From the NCBI GenBank assembly GCA_963740085.1, contig CAVUCU010000003.1:160001-224000 (forward strand): DNA of 64,000 nt, written 5' to 3'. Position 1 is the first letter of the stretch. Every line of letters begins with the position of its first letter. The position numbers were made by a program, and so were the translations under genes. The DNA comes from Nitrospirota bacterium (GTDB lineage: Bacteria > Nitrospirota > UBA9217). The notes below the pieces were generated by a model. The model did not search any database, had not been told where the DNA came from, and saw only the letters and a list, made by a program, of their open reading frames with translations. Of the stretch, positions 1-10,459 are shown in pieces.

Positions 1-187
1 CCGAGTTCCGGTCGCCGTTGCCGTGCAGAAACACAAAAAGCAGGCGCGGTCCTTTGACATCTCCGGCGCTATAACTGATCGTATCGATGGGGACCTTTGT
101 CGCCGGATAGCAGCCGTAGATCAGCGTTGCCAGCAGCAGCGCAGTGAACATGTGATGGATAATGTGCGATCGGGAAGTATTCTTCAC
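1..187 (-). CDS. Probable lipoprotein alpha/beta-hydrolase, N-terminal part (runs off window edge)
   Basis: Manual translation from GTG187 (RBS AGGAGG): MKNTSRSHIIHHMFTALLLATLIYGCYPATKVPIDTISY...LLFVFLHGNGDRNS. Shows a lipobox-like IYGC and an a/b-hydrolase-like FLHG motif. Confidence 0.55.
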   Translation of the reverse strand, partial: MKNTSRSHIIHHMFTALLLATLIYGCYPATKVPIDTISYSAGDVKGPRLLFVFLHGNGDRNS

Positions 188-384
188 TGTCGCCTCCTGT
201 TGAAACGGGTCGCATCGATCATCTGCCGTGACCCCTCCCATGTCCCTCGCTGAATCCACGCCCGGCTTGTTCTTCTCTTTTTTTGTTGCCGCGTTTTCCG
301 TGTTTCCTCAAGACCATCACAAGTGCATCATAATTGTATCACAGGGAGCAGGGTTTTTCTGAAAATGGCAGGGTTATGCAGTTT

Positions 385-921
385 CTACGTTTTTTTTGTG
401 CGCGACGACGAGCCGTCTCCGAGCGCCTTGAGAATTCCCTGAAGCAGTGCCGTGGGCGTCGGAGGACAGCCGGGGATGCAGGCGTCCACGGGGATGACCT
501 TGTCTATGCTTCCCAAAGACGCGTAACTCTCGCCGAATATTCCGCCGGTGCATCCGCAGTCGCCGACGGCAACCACGATCTTCGGCGTCGGCGTGGCGTC
601 GTACGTTCTCCTGAGGGCGATCTCCATGTTGATCGAGACCGGCCCGGTGACCAGGAGCATGTCCGCGAATCGCGGCGAGGCGGTAAAATGAATGCCGAAG
701 CGCTCGCAATCGTAGATGGGATTGTTGATGGCATGGATCTCGAGTTCGCACCCGTTGCATGATCCGGCATCCACCTGGCGGATCGCCAGACTTCCCCGGA
801 AGCGCTGTTTGACGACCTCCTCGAGCTGAACACCGATCTTTTCGATCTCCGGATCGGTGATGGGAGGGACCGGCTCGGTGACGATGCCGGTGCGGAATAC
901 CTGTTTAAGGATACGGATCAT
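385..921 (-). CDS. hyfI: Ehr/hydrogenase-4-like small Fe-S subunit (HyfI/HycG/NuoB family), cluster B
   Basis: Motifs DAGSCNGCELE, SPRFADMLLVTGP, VGDC and IPGCPP. ATG921 has RBS GGAG. Confidence 0.9.
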   Translation of the reverse strand: MIRILKQVFRTGIVTEPVPPITDPEIEKIGVQLEEVVKQRFRGSLAIRQVDAGSCNGCELEIHAINNPIYDCERFGIHFTASPRFADMLLVTGPVSINMEIALRRTYDATPTPKIVVAVGDCGCTGGIFGESYASLGSIDKVIPVDACIPGCPPTPTALLQGILKALGDGSSSRTKKT

Positions 922-946
922 GGTGCTCCAAACAGAATAAAATTTA

Positions 947-1130
947 ACCACAGAGACACGGAGACACTGAGAAAAGATAACTATTTATTGACGAGAGATT
1001 CTTCAGTCGCTCACGCTCCTTCAGAATCACAAAATGACGGATTCAATAATCTTTTTTCTCCCTTTCCCCCTCTTCTCCCTTTCTCCTTTATTATTTTAAT
1101 ATTTTCTCTGAGTCTCTGCGTCTCCGCGGT
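947..1130. repeat. Intergenic bipartite inverted repeat of 8-9-mer units, with nested REP-like motif and TTCTCC tract
   Basis: 947-975 ACCACAGAGACACGGAGACACTGAGAAAA versus reverse complement of 1102-1130 ACCGCGGAGACGCAGAGACTCAGAGAAAA (23/29 by hand). Confidence 0.8.
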
Positions 1131-1140
1131 AAAGGCGACC

Positions 1141-2712
1141 TTACAGATCATTTCCCGAATACGACTGATTAAAGCTCTTGTTGCATACCGGGAAATCGGG
1201 GACGATGTTCCCGTGGATGCACTGCTCCAGTCCGAGCCAGTTCAGGCTCGAGGGGTCCCTGACCATGCAGCGATTGATCTCCCCCTTCGGCCCCGACTGG
1301 ACCCAGTAAATGATCTCCCCCCGCCATCCCTCGACTGCGGCGAATCCGGACCTGTCCGGGGCCGGTGCGTTGACGGGAACGCTGACCTTTCCGGTCGGCA
1401 GGGTCTTCAGGAGCTCGCGGATGATGCGGACCGAATCACGGACCTCTTCCACCCTGACCCATGCCCGCGAATGGACATCACCTGAAACGAGCACCGGTAT
1501 GGTCACCCTGATGCGGTCATAGGGAGAAAAGGGATTATGGATACGGCAGTCGAGGTTCAAACCGCTGGCCCGCGCCACAAAACCCGTCATGCCAAGGTCC
1601 CGCGCCTTTTCGGACGAGAGAATGCCGGTGTCCCTCACCCGGTCTTCGACCGAAGAGTTCTCATCGTAGATGATCACGAGCCGCTCGAATTCCTTTGCAA
1701 GCCAGTCCATTTCCGAAAGGATCGTCGCAACACCTCCTGCATCGATATCGACGTCTACCCCTCCGGGAACGATCTTATCCATCATGAACCGGTGTCCGAA
1801 AAGAGTCAGGTTCGTGCGAAGCAGGATCTCTTTGAGCCGATGAAATTGATACAGGAGGAACGCAAAGGCCACGTCATTGCATATGGCGCCAAGATCGCCA
1901 ATATGGTTGGCGATGCGTTCGCGTTCGAGAAACAACGCGCGAAGCCACAGCGCACGGTCCGGAGGGATACAGTCCGTCATGGCCTCCACTGCGCGGGAAT
2001 AGGTCAGGCAGTGCGCCGCGGTCGTATCTCCGGAAACCCGGCCGGCCAGGCGAAATGCCTCTTGCCATGTCAGGGACTCGAACCGCTTTTCTATCCCTTT
2101 GTGCACGTAACCGAGTCTTGCTTCAAGGTTGAGGATATCCTCACCCATGGCCTGAAAACGGAAATGGCCGGGCTCGATGATCCCCGCGTGCACCGGGCCC
2201 ACCGGTATCTCATAGACGCCCTCTCCTTCTGCGCGTATCCAGCGGTATTCGCCGTAAACCCGCGCCAGCCGCTGCGAAGCGTCAAAGGACTTTCTGAGCG
2301 GCCAGGCGTCCTCAGGCCAGTCCTCGTGCTTTATCCAGGGACGTGGGTCCGGGTGCCCGATGGGGATCACACCCATGAGACTCCTCATCTGGCGCTCGAA
2401 CCGGTACGCAGGAACGAACTTTTTCGTCAGGCTCGGGAATGTCGGGTCGTCAGCAGGCGCACTGGTTTTTATGACAAGGTATTCCGACTCCTTCCGATAG
2501 CAGGCGTATATCCCGAACCCCCTGTTGAACAGGGTCTCGTCCGATGCCCACTCGGCCGCGAGCAGGGCGTAGTCTTTCTTGAGCGCCTTTGCCGCTACGG
2601 CGAACTTTTCCCGGGGAACCATGAGAGATGTCACTGATGCGGGATGCAGAGATCCATCCTGCGTCGCGTCGGTTCCGAGGGCCGCTATGACTAACTCCTG
2701 CAATCTGCTCAT
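1141..2712 (-). CDS. hyfG: Ehr/hydrogenase-4-like large subunit (HyfG/HycE, NuoC-D-like) lacking Ni-binding Cys, cluster B
   Basis: Starts MSRLQELV at ATG2712 (ATGA overlap with the hyfF stop). Contains GPVHAGIIEPGHFRF, RVSGDTTAAH where hydrogenases have RxCxxC, and C-terminal DFPVCNKSFNQSYSGNDL. Confidence 0.88.
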   Translation of the reverse strand: MSRLQELVIAALGTDATQDGSLHPASVTSLMVPREKFAVAAKALKKDYALLAAEWASDETLFNRGFGIYACYRKESEYLVIKTSAPADDPTFPSLTKKFVPAYRFERQMRSLMGVIPIGHPDPRPWIKHEDWPEDAWPLRKSFDASQRLARVYGEYRWIRAEGEGVYEIPVGPVHAGIIEPGHFRFQAMGEDILNLEARLGYVHKGIEKRFESLTWQEAFRLAGRVSGDTTAAHCLTYSRAVEAMTDCIPPDRALWLRALFLERERIANHIGDLGAICNDVAFAFLLYQFHRLKEILLRTNLTLFGHRFMMDKIVPGGVDVDIDAGGVATILSEMDWLAKEFERLVIIYDENSSVEDRVRDTGILSSEKARDLGMTGFVARASGLNLDCRIHNPFSPYDRIRVTIPVLVSGDVHSRAWVRVEEVRDSVRIIRELLKTLPTGKVSVPVNAPAPDRSGFAAVEGWRGEIIYWVQSGPKGEINRCMVRDPSSLNWLGLEQCIHGNIVPDFPVCNKSFNQSYSGNDL

Positions 2713-4158
2713 TTCAACAACCCCACTGCCGTAGTGAACCAGCCGGCAAGAAATTTCGGTATGTACAGGCCGAGAACAAGGACCACCAGCATGTGCAGGA
2801 TCACCGGGATATGCGCCGCCTTGATCATATGCTGATAGGCGGGCATCTCTCCCGCGACCATGGGCTGGACCTTTCGGAAAAGGGCCGCAAAGGACACCCC
2901 AAGCCCCAGAAGGAGGAACGGGCGCAAACAACGGCGCATCCTTGATCGTTGCCGTAAGGATCAGGAACTCGCTCGTAAACACCCCGAAGGGCGGCATGCC
3001 GACTATTGCCATCACCCCGATCGCCATCCCCCACCCCACGAGAGGATTGCCCCTGATGAGGCCTTTGATCGAGTCCATGTCCTGCGTTCTGTGCATTTGA
3101 GACGCATGTCCCACCGTGAAGAAGATGGAAGACTTTGTCAGACTGTGGACCAGCATGTGAAGCAAGGCCCCGAAGGTCGCTACCGGCCCGCCCAGACCGA
3201 AGGCGAACGTGGCGATGCCCATATGCTCAATGGAAGAATAGGCAAACAACCGCTTGATGTCCTTTTGACGAAGAAGGGAAAAAGATGCAACGATGATCGA
3301 GAGGATGCCGAAGCCCATCATGATGTCCCCTGAATGGTGGGTGCCCGTGGACCCGTCCACGAGGACCTTGCACCGGACCAGCGCGTACAGCGCGATATTC
3401 AGCAGGAGCCCCGAGAGCACCGCCGAGATGGGTGTGGGCCCTTCGCTGTGGGCATCGGGAAGCCAGTTATGGATCGGCACAAGCCCCACCTTGGTGCCGT
3501 ACCCGACCATCAGGAACACAAAGGCCAGGGACAAAATCGTCGGCTCGAGCTGATCGCTCACCTTGCTCAGGTTCGTCCAGTGGAGGGCCGCGCCGCCGGC
3601 GCCGAGCACCTTTTCCGCGGCAAAGTACAAGAGCACGGTCCCGAACAGTGCAAGGGCGATTCCCACGCCGCAGAGGATAAAATATTTCCAGGCAGCCTCG
3701 ATTGCCGCGGGTGTACGGTAGAGAGACACGAGCAGGACCGTGGAGAGCGTGGCCAGTTCCATGGCGATCCAGAGGATGCCGACGTTGTTCGTCAGGAGGC
3801 ACAGCAGCATGGCAAAGATAAAGAGCTGGAACATGGCGTGATAGAAGCGAATCCGCTTGGAACCGATCGTGCCGTGTTCCCGTTCGCGGCGCATGTACCT
3901 TCTGCTGAAAATAGCGGTGGTCATGGAGACGAACGCGGTGAGCACGGTGAGGTAGACACTGAAGGCGTCAACGAAGAAGAAGTTGTCGCCGGCCAGTATC
4001 GGCCCCTGCTCGTAGACCTCGAGCGCCAGTACGAGGCTCGTCACGAACGTGGCGGCAGAGCCGAGGATGTTTATCTCGGGCGCGAACTTCCGGTCGCCGA
4101 TAAAGGCGAGCGCCAGGGCCGCGAACAGCGGAACGACCAAGAGGATGAGAAGGGTCAT
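2709..4158 (-). CDS. hyfF: Hydrogenase-4 subunit F-like antiporter subunit, cluster B; one frameshift at about 2920
   Basis: Motifs EAAWKYFILC, GYGTKVGLVPIHNWLPDAHSE and AYSSIEHMG. The true C-terminus (PFLLLGLGVSFAALFRK...) is in ORF 2709..2939; the G run at 2920-2922 has one extra base. Confidence 0.85.
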
Positions 4159-4172
4159 TTACACCTCAATAT

Positions 4173-4276
4173 GGGTCAATAAAGTCTATAGAGTTGATAG
4201 AGTTTGTAGAGTCTGTCGAGCCATAAATAATTTTAACTCGATGAACTCCCTGCACTCTACGAACTCTATAATCTCT
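4173..4276. repeat. Intergenic bipartite inverted 9-mer tandem repeat
   Basis: AAGTCTATA GAGTTGATA GAGTTTGTA GAGTCTGTC ... AACTCGATG AACTCCCTG CACTCTACG AACTCTATA. Confidence 0.75.
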
Positions 4277-4277
4277 T

Positions 4278-4943
4278 TCAATCTTCTTCCTTCAACCTCG
4301 CCATCTGGTCCACATCCAGGCTGTCAAAGGTGGTGCTGATGTGAAAAAAGAACATCCCGAAGATGAACGCCGCGATCAACAGGTCCAGGGCCACTCCCAG
4401 CTCGACCACCAGGGGCATGCCGTAGGTTGCGCTCGTTGCGGCGAACAGGAGCCCGTTCTCCATGGCAAGGAACCCGATGATCTGGGTGACCGCGTGCTTG
4501 CGCGTGATCATCATCAGGAACCCGAGCATGACCGTGGCGAGGGCCACCGCGAGCGTGGACCGGGTCACGAGGGTCGAAAGTTCCCTGATGGGGGCCGTAA
4601 GATGGTACGAAAATATCACGAGGATGATCCCCATCAGCATCGTGGTAGGGATGTTCACAATTGTCTCCACTTCCTTATGTATCTTGAGCTTCACGATCAA
4701 CCTATGTAAAATATAAGGCAGCAGTACTACCTTCATGGAAAGCGTCAGCACTGACGAGATGTACAGGTCATGCACTCCTCCCACATACCCCACCGTGGCG
4801 GTGCTCACGGCAAGCAGAAAACCCTGAAGCGCAAACAAGTGCAAAAGGGCGTTCATCCTGCGCTGTACCAGGAGGCCGAAGGCCGTCAGGAGGATCAGGG
4901 CCGCCAGAAGACTGTTGATCTGCGCTGCAAGCTGCATGTTCAT
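4278..4943 (-). CDS. hyfE: Hydrogenase-4 membrane subunit E-like, cluster B
   Basis: Motifs QIIGFLAMENG and GMPLVVELGVALD; position in operon. Confidence 0.88.
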   Translation of the reverse strand: MNMQLAAQINSLLAALILLTAFGLLVQRRMNALLHLFALQGFLLAVSTATVGYVGGVHDLYISSVLTLSMKVVLLPYILHRLIVKLKIHKEVETIVNIPTTMLMGIILVIFSYHLTAPIRELSTLVTRSTLAVALATVMLGFLMMITRKHAVTQIIGFLAMENGLLFAATSATYGMPLVVELGVALDLLIAAFIFGMFFFHISTTFDSLDVDQMARLKEED

Positions 4944-4972
4944 ATCGTTCCTCACACAGACAAATGCTCTTT

Positions 4973-5095
4973 ACCGCCAAGGCGCAAAGGACGCAAAGGA
5001 AACCTTGAAATTTGACCTCAACCCTTCGCGCTCTTCGCGCCTTCGCGGTTCAAAGCCTTTGATTTGGCTTTCTTCATGTCTCCGCGACTCCGTGG
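4973..5095. repeat. Intergenic bipartite inverted repeat (CGCRAAG units) plus orphan half-arm
   Basis: 4973-4999 ACCGCCAAGGCGCAAAGGACGCAAAGG versus reverse complement of 5023-5049 ACCGCGAAGGCGCGAAGAGCGCGAAGG (22/27 by hand). Confidence 0.8.
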
Positions 5096-5106
5096 AAAAA
5101 AACAAA

Positions 5107-6051
5107 CTACTCCAGCATGAAATACGAAAGCATCCCGAGCGTGGCGAATAGGAACGCGCTCCCCAGGAATTCGGTAATGCGGAAGATCCTCATCTTCGCC
5201 ATGCCGGTTTCGATCAGCACCAGGGCCGCCCCCACGAACCCGAGTTTGAGCATCAGGATGGGAAACGCGGAGACGACCGATGCCAGGTCATCATTCAAGG
5301 CAATGCCCAGCGGGAAAAAGGACGCGATCCCCAGGACAACAAAGAGAAAGAGTTTCATCATGCTCGACCATTCGATGAGCGCCAGATGTCTGCCGGAATA
5401 CTCCAGGATCATGGCCTCGTGGATCATGGTGAGTTCGAGATGCGTGGCGGGATTGTCCACCGGCACCCTCCCCGTCTCGGCCAGCGCGATGAAGATGAAT
5501 GCCAAGAGGGCGAACACGAGTGACGGCCTCAGCAGGGAATGTCCCTGCGAAATGACCAGCACGATCTGGGACAACGATGTGGATTTGCCGACCAGCGAGA
5601 CGGCAAAAACAGCCATGAGCATGGCGGGCTCTGCCAGAGAGGCGATGGTCATCTCCCGGCTCGAACCCATGCCGCCGAAGGCGGTGCCTATGTCCATGCC
5701 CGCCAGCGCGAGAAAGAACCGTGCTATCGCAAAGAGCGCCACGAGGGCGATCACGTCCGCGGTAGCTGAAAAAAGCAGATCCGTTGACAGCATGGGGATG
5801 ATGCCGCCCGCCATGACCGAGACGCCGAATACCAGATACGGCGTAAAGCGGAATATCCACGAGGCATTCTCCGCCAGGACAACGTCCTTTGACAGAAGTT
5901 TCCTGATGTCCCGGTAAGGCTGGAGCAGGCTCGGGGCCGTGCGACCCTGGAGCCAGCACTTCACCATCTTCACCCAGCCCGTGAACAGGGGCGCCATGGC
6001 CAGCAGAAGAATAATCTGCGCTATCTCCAGAATAAACGCGTTGATCAGCAA
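5107..6051 (-). CDS. hyfC: Complex I subunit 1 family membrane subunit (HyfC/HycD/NuoH), cluster B
   Basis: Motifs GTAFGGMGSSRE and AETGRVPVDNPATHLELTMIHEAMILEYSG. Confidence 0.9.
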   Translation of the reverse strand: MLINAFILEIAQIILLLAMAPLFTGWVKMVKCWLQGRTAPSLLQPYRDIRKLLSKDVVLAENASWIFRFTPYLVFGVSVMAGGIIPMLSTDLLFSATADVIALVALFAIARFFLALAGMDIGTAFGGMGSSREMTIASLAEPAMLMAVFAVSLVGKSTSLSQIVLVISQGHSLLRPSLVFALLAFIFIALAETGRVPVDNPATHLELTMIHEAMILEYSGRHLALIEWSSMMKLFLFVVLGIASFFPLGIALNDDLASVVSAFPILMLKLGFVGAALVLIETGMAKMRIFRITEFLGSAFLFATLGMLSYFMLE

Positions 6052-6138
6052 TGGAAAGCTCCTAACCCCGAGAAGCCGACGTCCTCACGCCGCAGTCTCG
6101 GGAAATCCTCTGCAAGATAATAAACATGCATTGACGGC

Positions 6139-8184
6139 TCACCTCAGAAATATCAGCAGTACGACGATCGTCACGAACGAATAAATGAGATAGACCTGGA
6201 TATGGCCATGCTGCATCCTTCCGATCCGTCTCGAAATCCAAAAGCTTGCGACAACGACAGGCTGGTACAACCAGACCCAGAAGCGGTCCCTCACCTTGAG
6301 ATGGTAATGCAGCCGCTCGGGGAAGGCCGGATGGGTCGCCGGCGGGAGCTGACGCACGCGCTCCTTGATGTTGAAGAGATACCCGAAGATCCTCCGAAGA
6401 GGCATGGCAAACGAGGTGGCCGTGTACTGCATCCGGTTGGTGACCTTTTCGAATCCGCAGTCCCAAAGCGGCATGCGGCGAATGGTTCCGGGGCGTGTAT
6501 GGAGCAACAGATAGGTCGCCACCACGACCGACAGGATGCCCAGGAAAGCGATGGGCGCCGAATAGGAGGCGCGCGCAGCGGCAATCGGCGTGAGCCACAT
6601 CCAGCCGAAACCCGATGCTGACGCGGCGATCGTGCCGCCCACCAGCTCCTCGGCAATAGGGTCCATCCACCTGATCATGAATGTGGGCAGGATACCGAGG
6701 CCAAGACAGGTGAGAGCCCCAAGCAGCATGCCGATGCGCATGGACCAGTCCACTTCATGGACACGGACAGGATGATGTCCACGCTGGTGTCCCAGAAAGG
6801 TTACGCCGAATGCCTTTACGAAACAGGCTGCCGCCAGCGCGCTCGTCAGTGCCAGGAGCGCGGCCCCCAGCGGGATAAGCAGGTTCAGGAGCGGACTGGG
6901 AAGCGCGGGTGACAGCAGGAACGCCTGATAGGTCAGCCATTCCGATACGAACCCGTTAAATGGCGGCAGTGCCGATATCGAAATGCACCCGATCAGAAAG
7001 AAAACAGCGGTCCAGGGCATGAAGCGAATGAGGCCGCCCATCTCCTCCATATTCCGCTCATGCGTGGCATGAAGCACGGCGCCCGCTCCCATGAAGAGCA
7101 GCCCTTTGAACATGGCATGGTTAACGGTGTGATAGAGACCGGCGATGAGCGCGAGGGCGGCCAGCAGGGACATGTCGAAGGAGGTGAAGATCATCGCAAG
7201 CCCGATGCCGATGAGGATGATGCCGATGTTCTCCACGGAATGATATGCAAGGAGCCTCTTCAGATCATGCTGCATCAGCGCATACAGAACACCCATGACC
7301 GCGGACACCAGCCCGAACACCAGAACGAGGGCGCCCCACCACCAGGGGAAAACGCCGATCAGGTCGAAGACGACGCGCACGATGCCGTAGATGGCCGTCT
7401 TAAGCATTACGCCGCTCATAAGAGCGGAGACGTTCGAAGGCGCGACCGGATGGGCCTCGGGCAGCCAGACATGAAGCGGTATCACACCGGCCTTGGCGGA
7501 GAACCCGAAGAAGGCGAGCAGAAACGCGATTGAAGCCCAGCCAGCGGGGAGGTCTGCTTCACGCATGGCGTCGAATGTGTAACCTTCAAATCCCTTGAAC
7601 CCGGTTGCCAGGCCGGCCATGATCCCGAAGGAGAGGAGGATCGCGATCGCCCCCACGTGCGCGACGACCAGATAGAGGAAGGCGGCCCTTCTGTTCTCAA
7701 TTCGCTCATCTTCAAAAAGCACCAGGAAGTACGAGGCAGCCGCCATCATCTCCCAGGCGATCAGGAAGAAGAACGCATCGTCGGCCAGGACCACGAGGAA
7801 CATCCCCGCGAGAAAGAGCGAATAAAATACGACAAGACTGGTCACCGACCGGTGCCCCAGGTAACCCTTGACATATCCGAGAGAGTAGATGGATACAAAA
7901 AAAGCGAGCAGTCCGACGATCACGAGAAAGAAACCGGACAAGAGATCGAGCCGAAGATGAAACGGCAGGTCGGGCAGGCCCAGAGGCACGATGACCTGGT
8001 AAGGAGTGCCGCTCGATACCGCCCAGATACCGGCGACCGTCGCCAGCAGGGAAGCGATCGTGGTGAAGGAAAAACCGAGTGTGATGAGAAGTCTCTGGTT
8101 CCGACGGAGAAACGGCGTCAGCGCAAGCGAAAACAGAAGCACCGCAAACGATGAGGATATCAAGCTGATGGGTGAAAGATCCAC
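6139..8184 (-). CDS. hyfB: Hydrogenase-4 subunit B-like antiporter subunit, cluster B
   Basis: Motifs KAGVIPLHVWLPEAHPVAPS, LLAYHSVENIG, ALPPFNGFVSEW and WDCG...RMQYTA. Confidence 0.9.
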   Translation of the reverse strand: MDLSPISLISSSFAVLLFSLALTPFLRRNQRLLITLGFSFTTIASLLATVAGIWAVSSGTPYQVIVPLGLPDLPFHLRLDLLSGFFLVIVGLLAFFVSIYSLGYVKGYLGHRSVTSLVVFYSLFLAGMFLVVLADDAFFFLIAWEMMAAASYFLVLFEDERIENRRAAFLYLVVAHVGAIAILLSFGIMAGLATGFKGFEGYTFDAMREADLPAGWASIAFLLAFFGFSAKAGVIPLHVWLPEAHPVAPSNVSALMSGVMLKTAIYGIVRVVFDLIGVFPWWWGALVLVFGLVSAVMGVLYALMQHDLKRLLAYHSVENIGIILIGIGLAMIFTSFDMSLLAALALIAGLYHTVNHAMFKGLLFMGAGAVLHATHERNMEEMGGLIRFMPWTAVFFLIGCISISALPPFNGFVSEWLTYQAFLLSPALPSPLLNLLIPLGAALLALTSALAAACFVKAFGVTFLGHQRGHHPVRVHEVDWSMRIGMLLGALTCLGLGILPTFMIRWMDPIAEELVGGTIAASASGFGWMWLTPIAAARASYSAPIAFLGILSVVVATYLLLHTRPGTIRRMPLWDCGFEKVTNRMQYTATSFAMPLRRIFGYLFNIKERVRQLPPATHPAFPERLHYHLKVRDRFWVWLYQPVVVASFWISRRIGRMQHGHIQVYLIYSFVTIVVLLIFLR

Positions 8185-8238
8185 GTCCCTGCCTCCACAA
8201 CTATCCGTGCATCTGTGAGCGAAAGCCGATCTAAATTT

Positions 8239-8768
8239 TCAGGTTCTTTTCGTGCAGGAATCTATCAGCTGGGAAAGCCCCAGCAGGATGGCCGTGGGAG
8301 TCGGCGGACACCCGGGGATATAACTGTCAACAGGGATTACGTTCGCCGCGCCGTTCGTAACGGCGTAACTTCCCTTATATATTCCTCCGTCCTTTGCGCA
8401 GTCGCCGCAGGCGACCACCAGCCTTGGCTCCGGCGTCGCGATATACGTTCTTTTGAGCGCCAGTTCCATCTGTCGCGACACCGGACCGGTCACGAACAAC
8501 ACATCGGCATGTCGCGGTGATGCGACAAAATCGATGCCGAACCGCTGAATATCGTAGACGGGATTAGTGAGCGCCGTGCATTCCCATTCACAAGCGTTGC
8601 AGGAACCTGCATCTATGTGCCTGATCCGGAGCGACCTGTTAAAGATTTTATCAATGTTTTTCTGAAAGTCAACAATCTTCGCCGCCTGCTCGGGAGTAAC
8701 AGTGAATCCCTCGGGAAACGGGATGACTTTCTTTTCTTGATTATATTTTTAATGATCTCTTTAAACAT
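8239..8768 (-). CDS. hyfI: Ehr/hydrogenase-4-like small Fe-S subunit, cluster A; frameshift at about 8730
   Basis: The frame upstream of ORF 8239..8502 reads KVIPFPEG...RSLRIRHIDAGSCNACEWEC...SPRHADVLFVTGP...GDC...GCPP. ATG8768 (MFKEIIKNIIK) is one frame off. Confidence 0.82.
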
Positions 8769-8787
8769 AATTTACACCCTGCGTTAT

Positions 8788-8890
8788 GCAGACTGAAGCC
8801 TGCGGCTACCCGCGAGTCATTTATCTTTTCCTGACCTCTGATTTCCCGACTCCGAACTTCGAACTCCTAACTCCGAACTTCTCCCATCTC
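8788..8890. repeat. GTAG-type REP-like hairpin plus heptamer tandem tract (half element)
   Basis: Reverse complement of 8788-8809 is GTAGCCGCAGGCTTCAGTCTGC. 8845-8879 reads CCCGACT CCGAACT TCGAACT CCTAACT CCGAACT. Confidence 0.65.
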
Positions 8891-10459
8891 TCACATGTCC
8901 GTCCCTGAATACGACAAATTAAAGCTCTTGTTGCAGAGCGGGAAATCGGGCACGATGTTCCCATGCACCGCAAAAGGCACCGCGGGCCAGTTGCAGTACG
9001 ACGGCGAACGGAGCTTCACCCGGAGCGGTTTCCCGTCCTTATCCGCCATGACCCAGTAGAAGAGCGATCCGCGCGGCGATTCGACATATCCCAGCGAAGA
9101 GGCATACGGTGCAGCCTGTTTCGCCGGAACGGCCAGACCACCTTTATAACCGCTTTCGATGAGCTCGTGGATCATGGATATGGAACATTCTATTTCTTCA
9201 GACCTGATCATCATGCGTGCAAACACGTCTCCCTTTTCCAGGGTATGCGATTCAAAGATCAGGCGGTCGTAGAGCAGATGGGGATGGGCCTTTCTCATAT
9301 CGTCGGTCAGGCCCGATGCACGGGCGGCCACGCCCGTGACGCCGAACTTCCGCGCGAGGTCCTTCGACAGCCGTCCGGTGTTCTGCATCCGCTCGATGTG
9401 CGATACCGAGCCCAGCAGCAATTTCATCAGCTCTTTGTATTCCCGGGTGACGATATCGAGGGTCTTGAGAACATCATCGGCCAGGGCAAAGACATCTTTT
9501 GTGACGCCGCCGATCACGTTCACGCCGCGCAGATACCTGCTGCCCGTGAGCCGTTCATTGAGCTGCATGAGCCGTTCCTTGATGACCGCGCCGTTCATAT
9601 ACCCGAGCGCGAATGCCGTTCCGGCGCACATGTTCCCGATATCGCCGATATGGTTGTAGAGCCGTTCGAGCTCGAGAACAAGGGTCCTGACCGCAGCCGC
9701 CTTTTCAGTGATCCCGACGCCCGTCATTCGTTCAACAGCCATGCAGTACGCCGTCCCGTGCGCAAAGGACGAGGTGCCCGACACGCGTTCAGCGAGCTTC
9801 ACTCCTTCGACAAACCCGAGTTTTTCGAAATGCTTCTCTGTGCCCTTGTGCGTGTAGGACAATCTCGGTTCGAGGAAGAAGATCGTCTCTCCCACGGCAC
9901 TGAACCTGAAGTGCCCGGGTTCAATGATGCCCGCATGCACCGGCCCGACGGGGATCTCGACGATGCCCTCGCCGGCAACTTCCATGAACGGATGAGGGAC
10001 CTTTTGCAGTGTCCCCTCACCCCACTCTTTGAGATCTGATCCGGAAAGAGACCAGTCCTTGCGAAGCGGATGAGAATCCGCGGGGAACGCCTCATGAAAA
10101 ACAAGTCTGCGCTGGTCCGGATGCCCTTGCGGGTTGAGGCCGAACATATCCATGATCTCGCGCTCGTACCAGTGGGCGGCGGGGATATGCGGCGTCAGCG
10201 ACGGGAACCGGGGATCGGATTCCTTCACCGGCAGGACAATGAGGAAGAACCGGTCTACACCGGGCACGGTGAATACGGTATGGACCCTGAACACCCCGTC
10301 CCGCTCACGCTCGTCCGTCGCGAACATCAGGCGCAGCAGGGCGTGCTTCTCCGCGGACAGATAAAGGCAGACGTCCCTGAAATCGTCGCGCTTGACCTCG
10401 ATTGAGGACTCGTTCAAATAGTCTACGGTCCTGACCGCCTTATGAAACACCTTGTCCAT
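8891..10459 (-). CDS. hyfG: Ehr/hydrogenase-4-like large subunit lacking Ni-binding Cys, cluster A
   Basis: Motifs AHWYEREIMDMFG, GPVHAGIIEPGHFRF, ERVSGTSSFAH (no CxxC) and C-terminal DFPLCNKSFNLSYSGTDM. Confidence 0.9.
   Translation of the reverse strand: MDKVFHKAVRTVDYLNESSIEVKRDDFRDVCLYLSAEKHALLRLMFATDERERDGVFRVHTVFTVPGVDRFFLIVLPVKESDPRFPSLTPHIPAAHWYEREIMDMFGLNPQGHPDQRRLVFHEAFPADSHPLRKDWSLSGSDLKEWGEGTLQKVPHPFMEVAGEGIVEIPVGPVHAGIIEPGHFRFSAVGETIFFLEPRLSYTHKGTEKHFEKLGFVEGVKLAERVSGTSSFAHGTAYCMAVERMTGVGITEKAAAVRTLVLELERLYNHIGDIGNMCAGTAFALGYMNGAVIKERLMQLNERLTGSRYLRGVNVIGGVTKDVFALADDVLKTLDIVTREYKELMKLLLGSVSHIERMQNTGRLSKDLARKFGVTGVAARASGLTDDMRKAHPHLLYDRLIFESHTLEKGDVFARMMIRSEEIECSISMIHELIESGYKGGLAVPAKQAAPYASSLGYVESPRGSLFYWVMADKDGKPLRVKLRSPSYCNWPAVPFAVHGNIVPDFPLCNKSFNLSYSGTDM

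Noticed and set aside
1141-4158. Apparent 1005-aa HyfF-HyfG fusion protein
   Set aside because: One extra base at about 2920 shifts the frame. The true HyfF C-terminus is in ORF 2709..2939 and HyfG has its own ATG overlapping that stop, as in cluster A.
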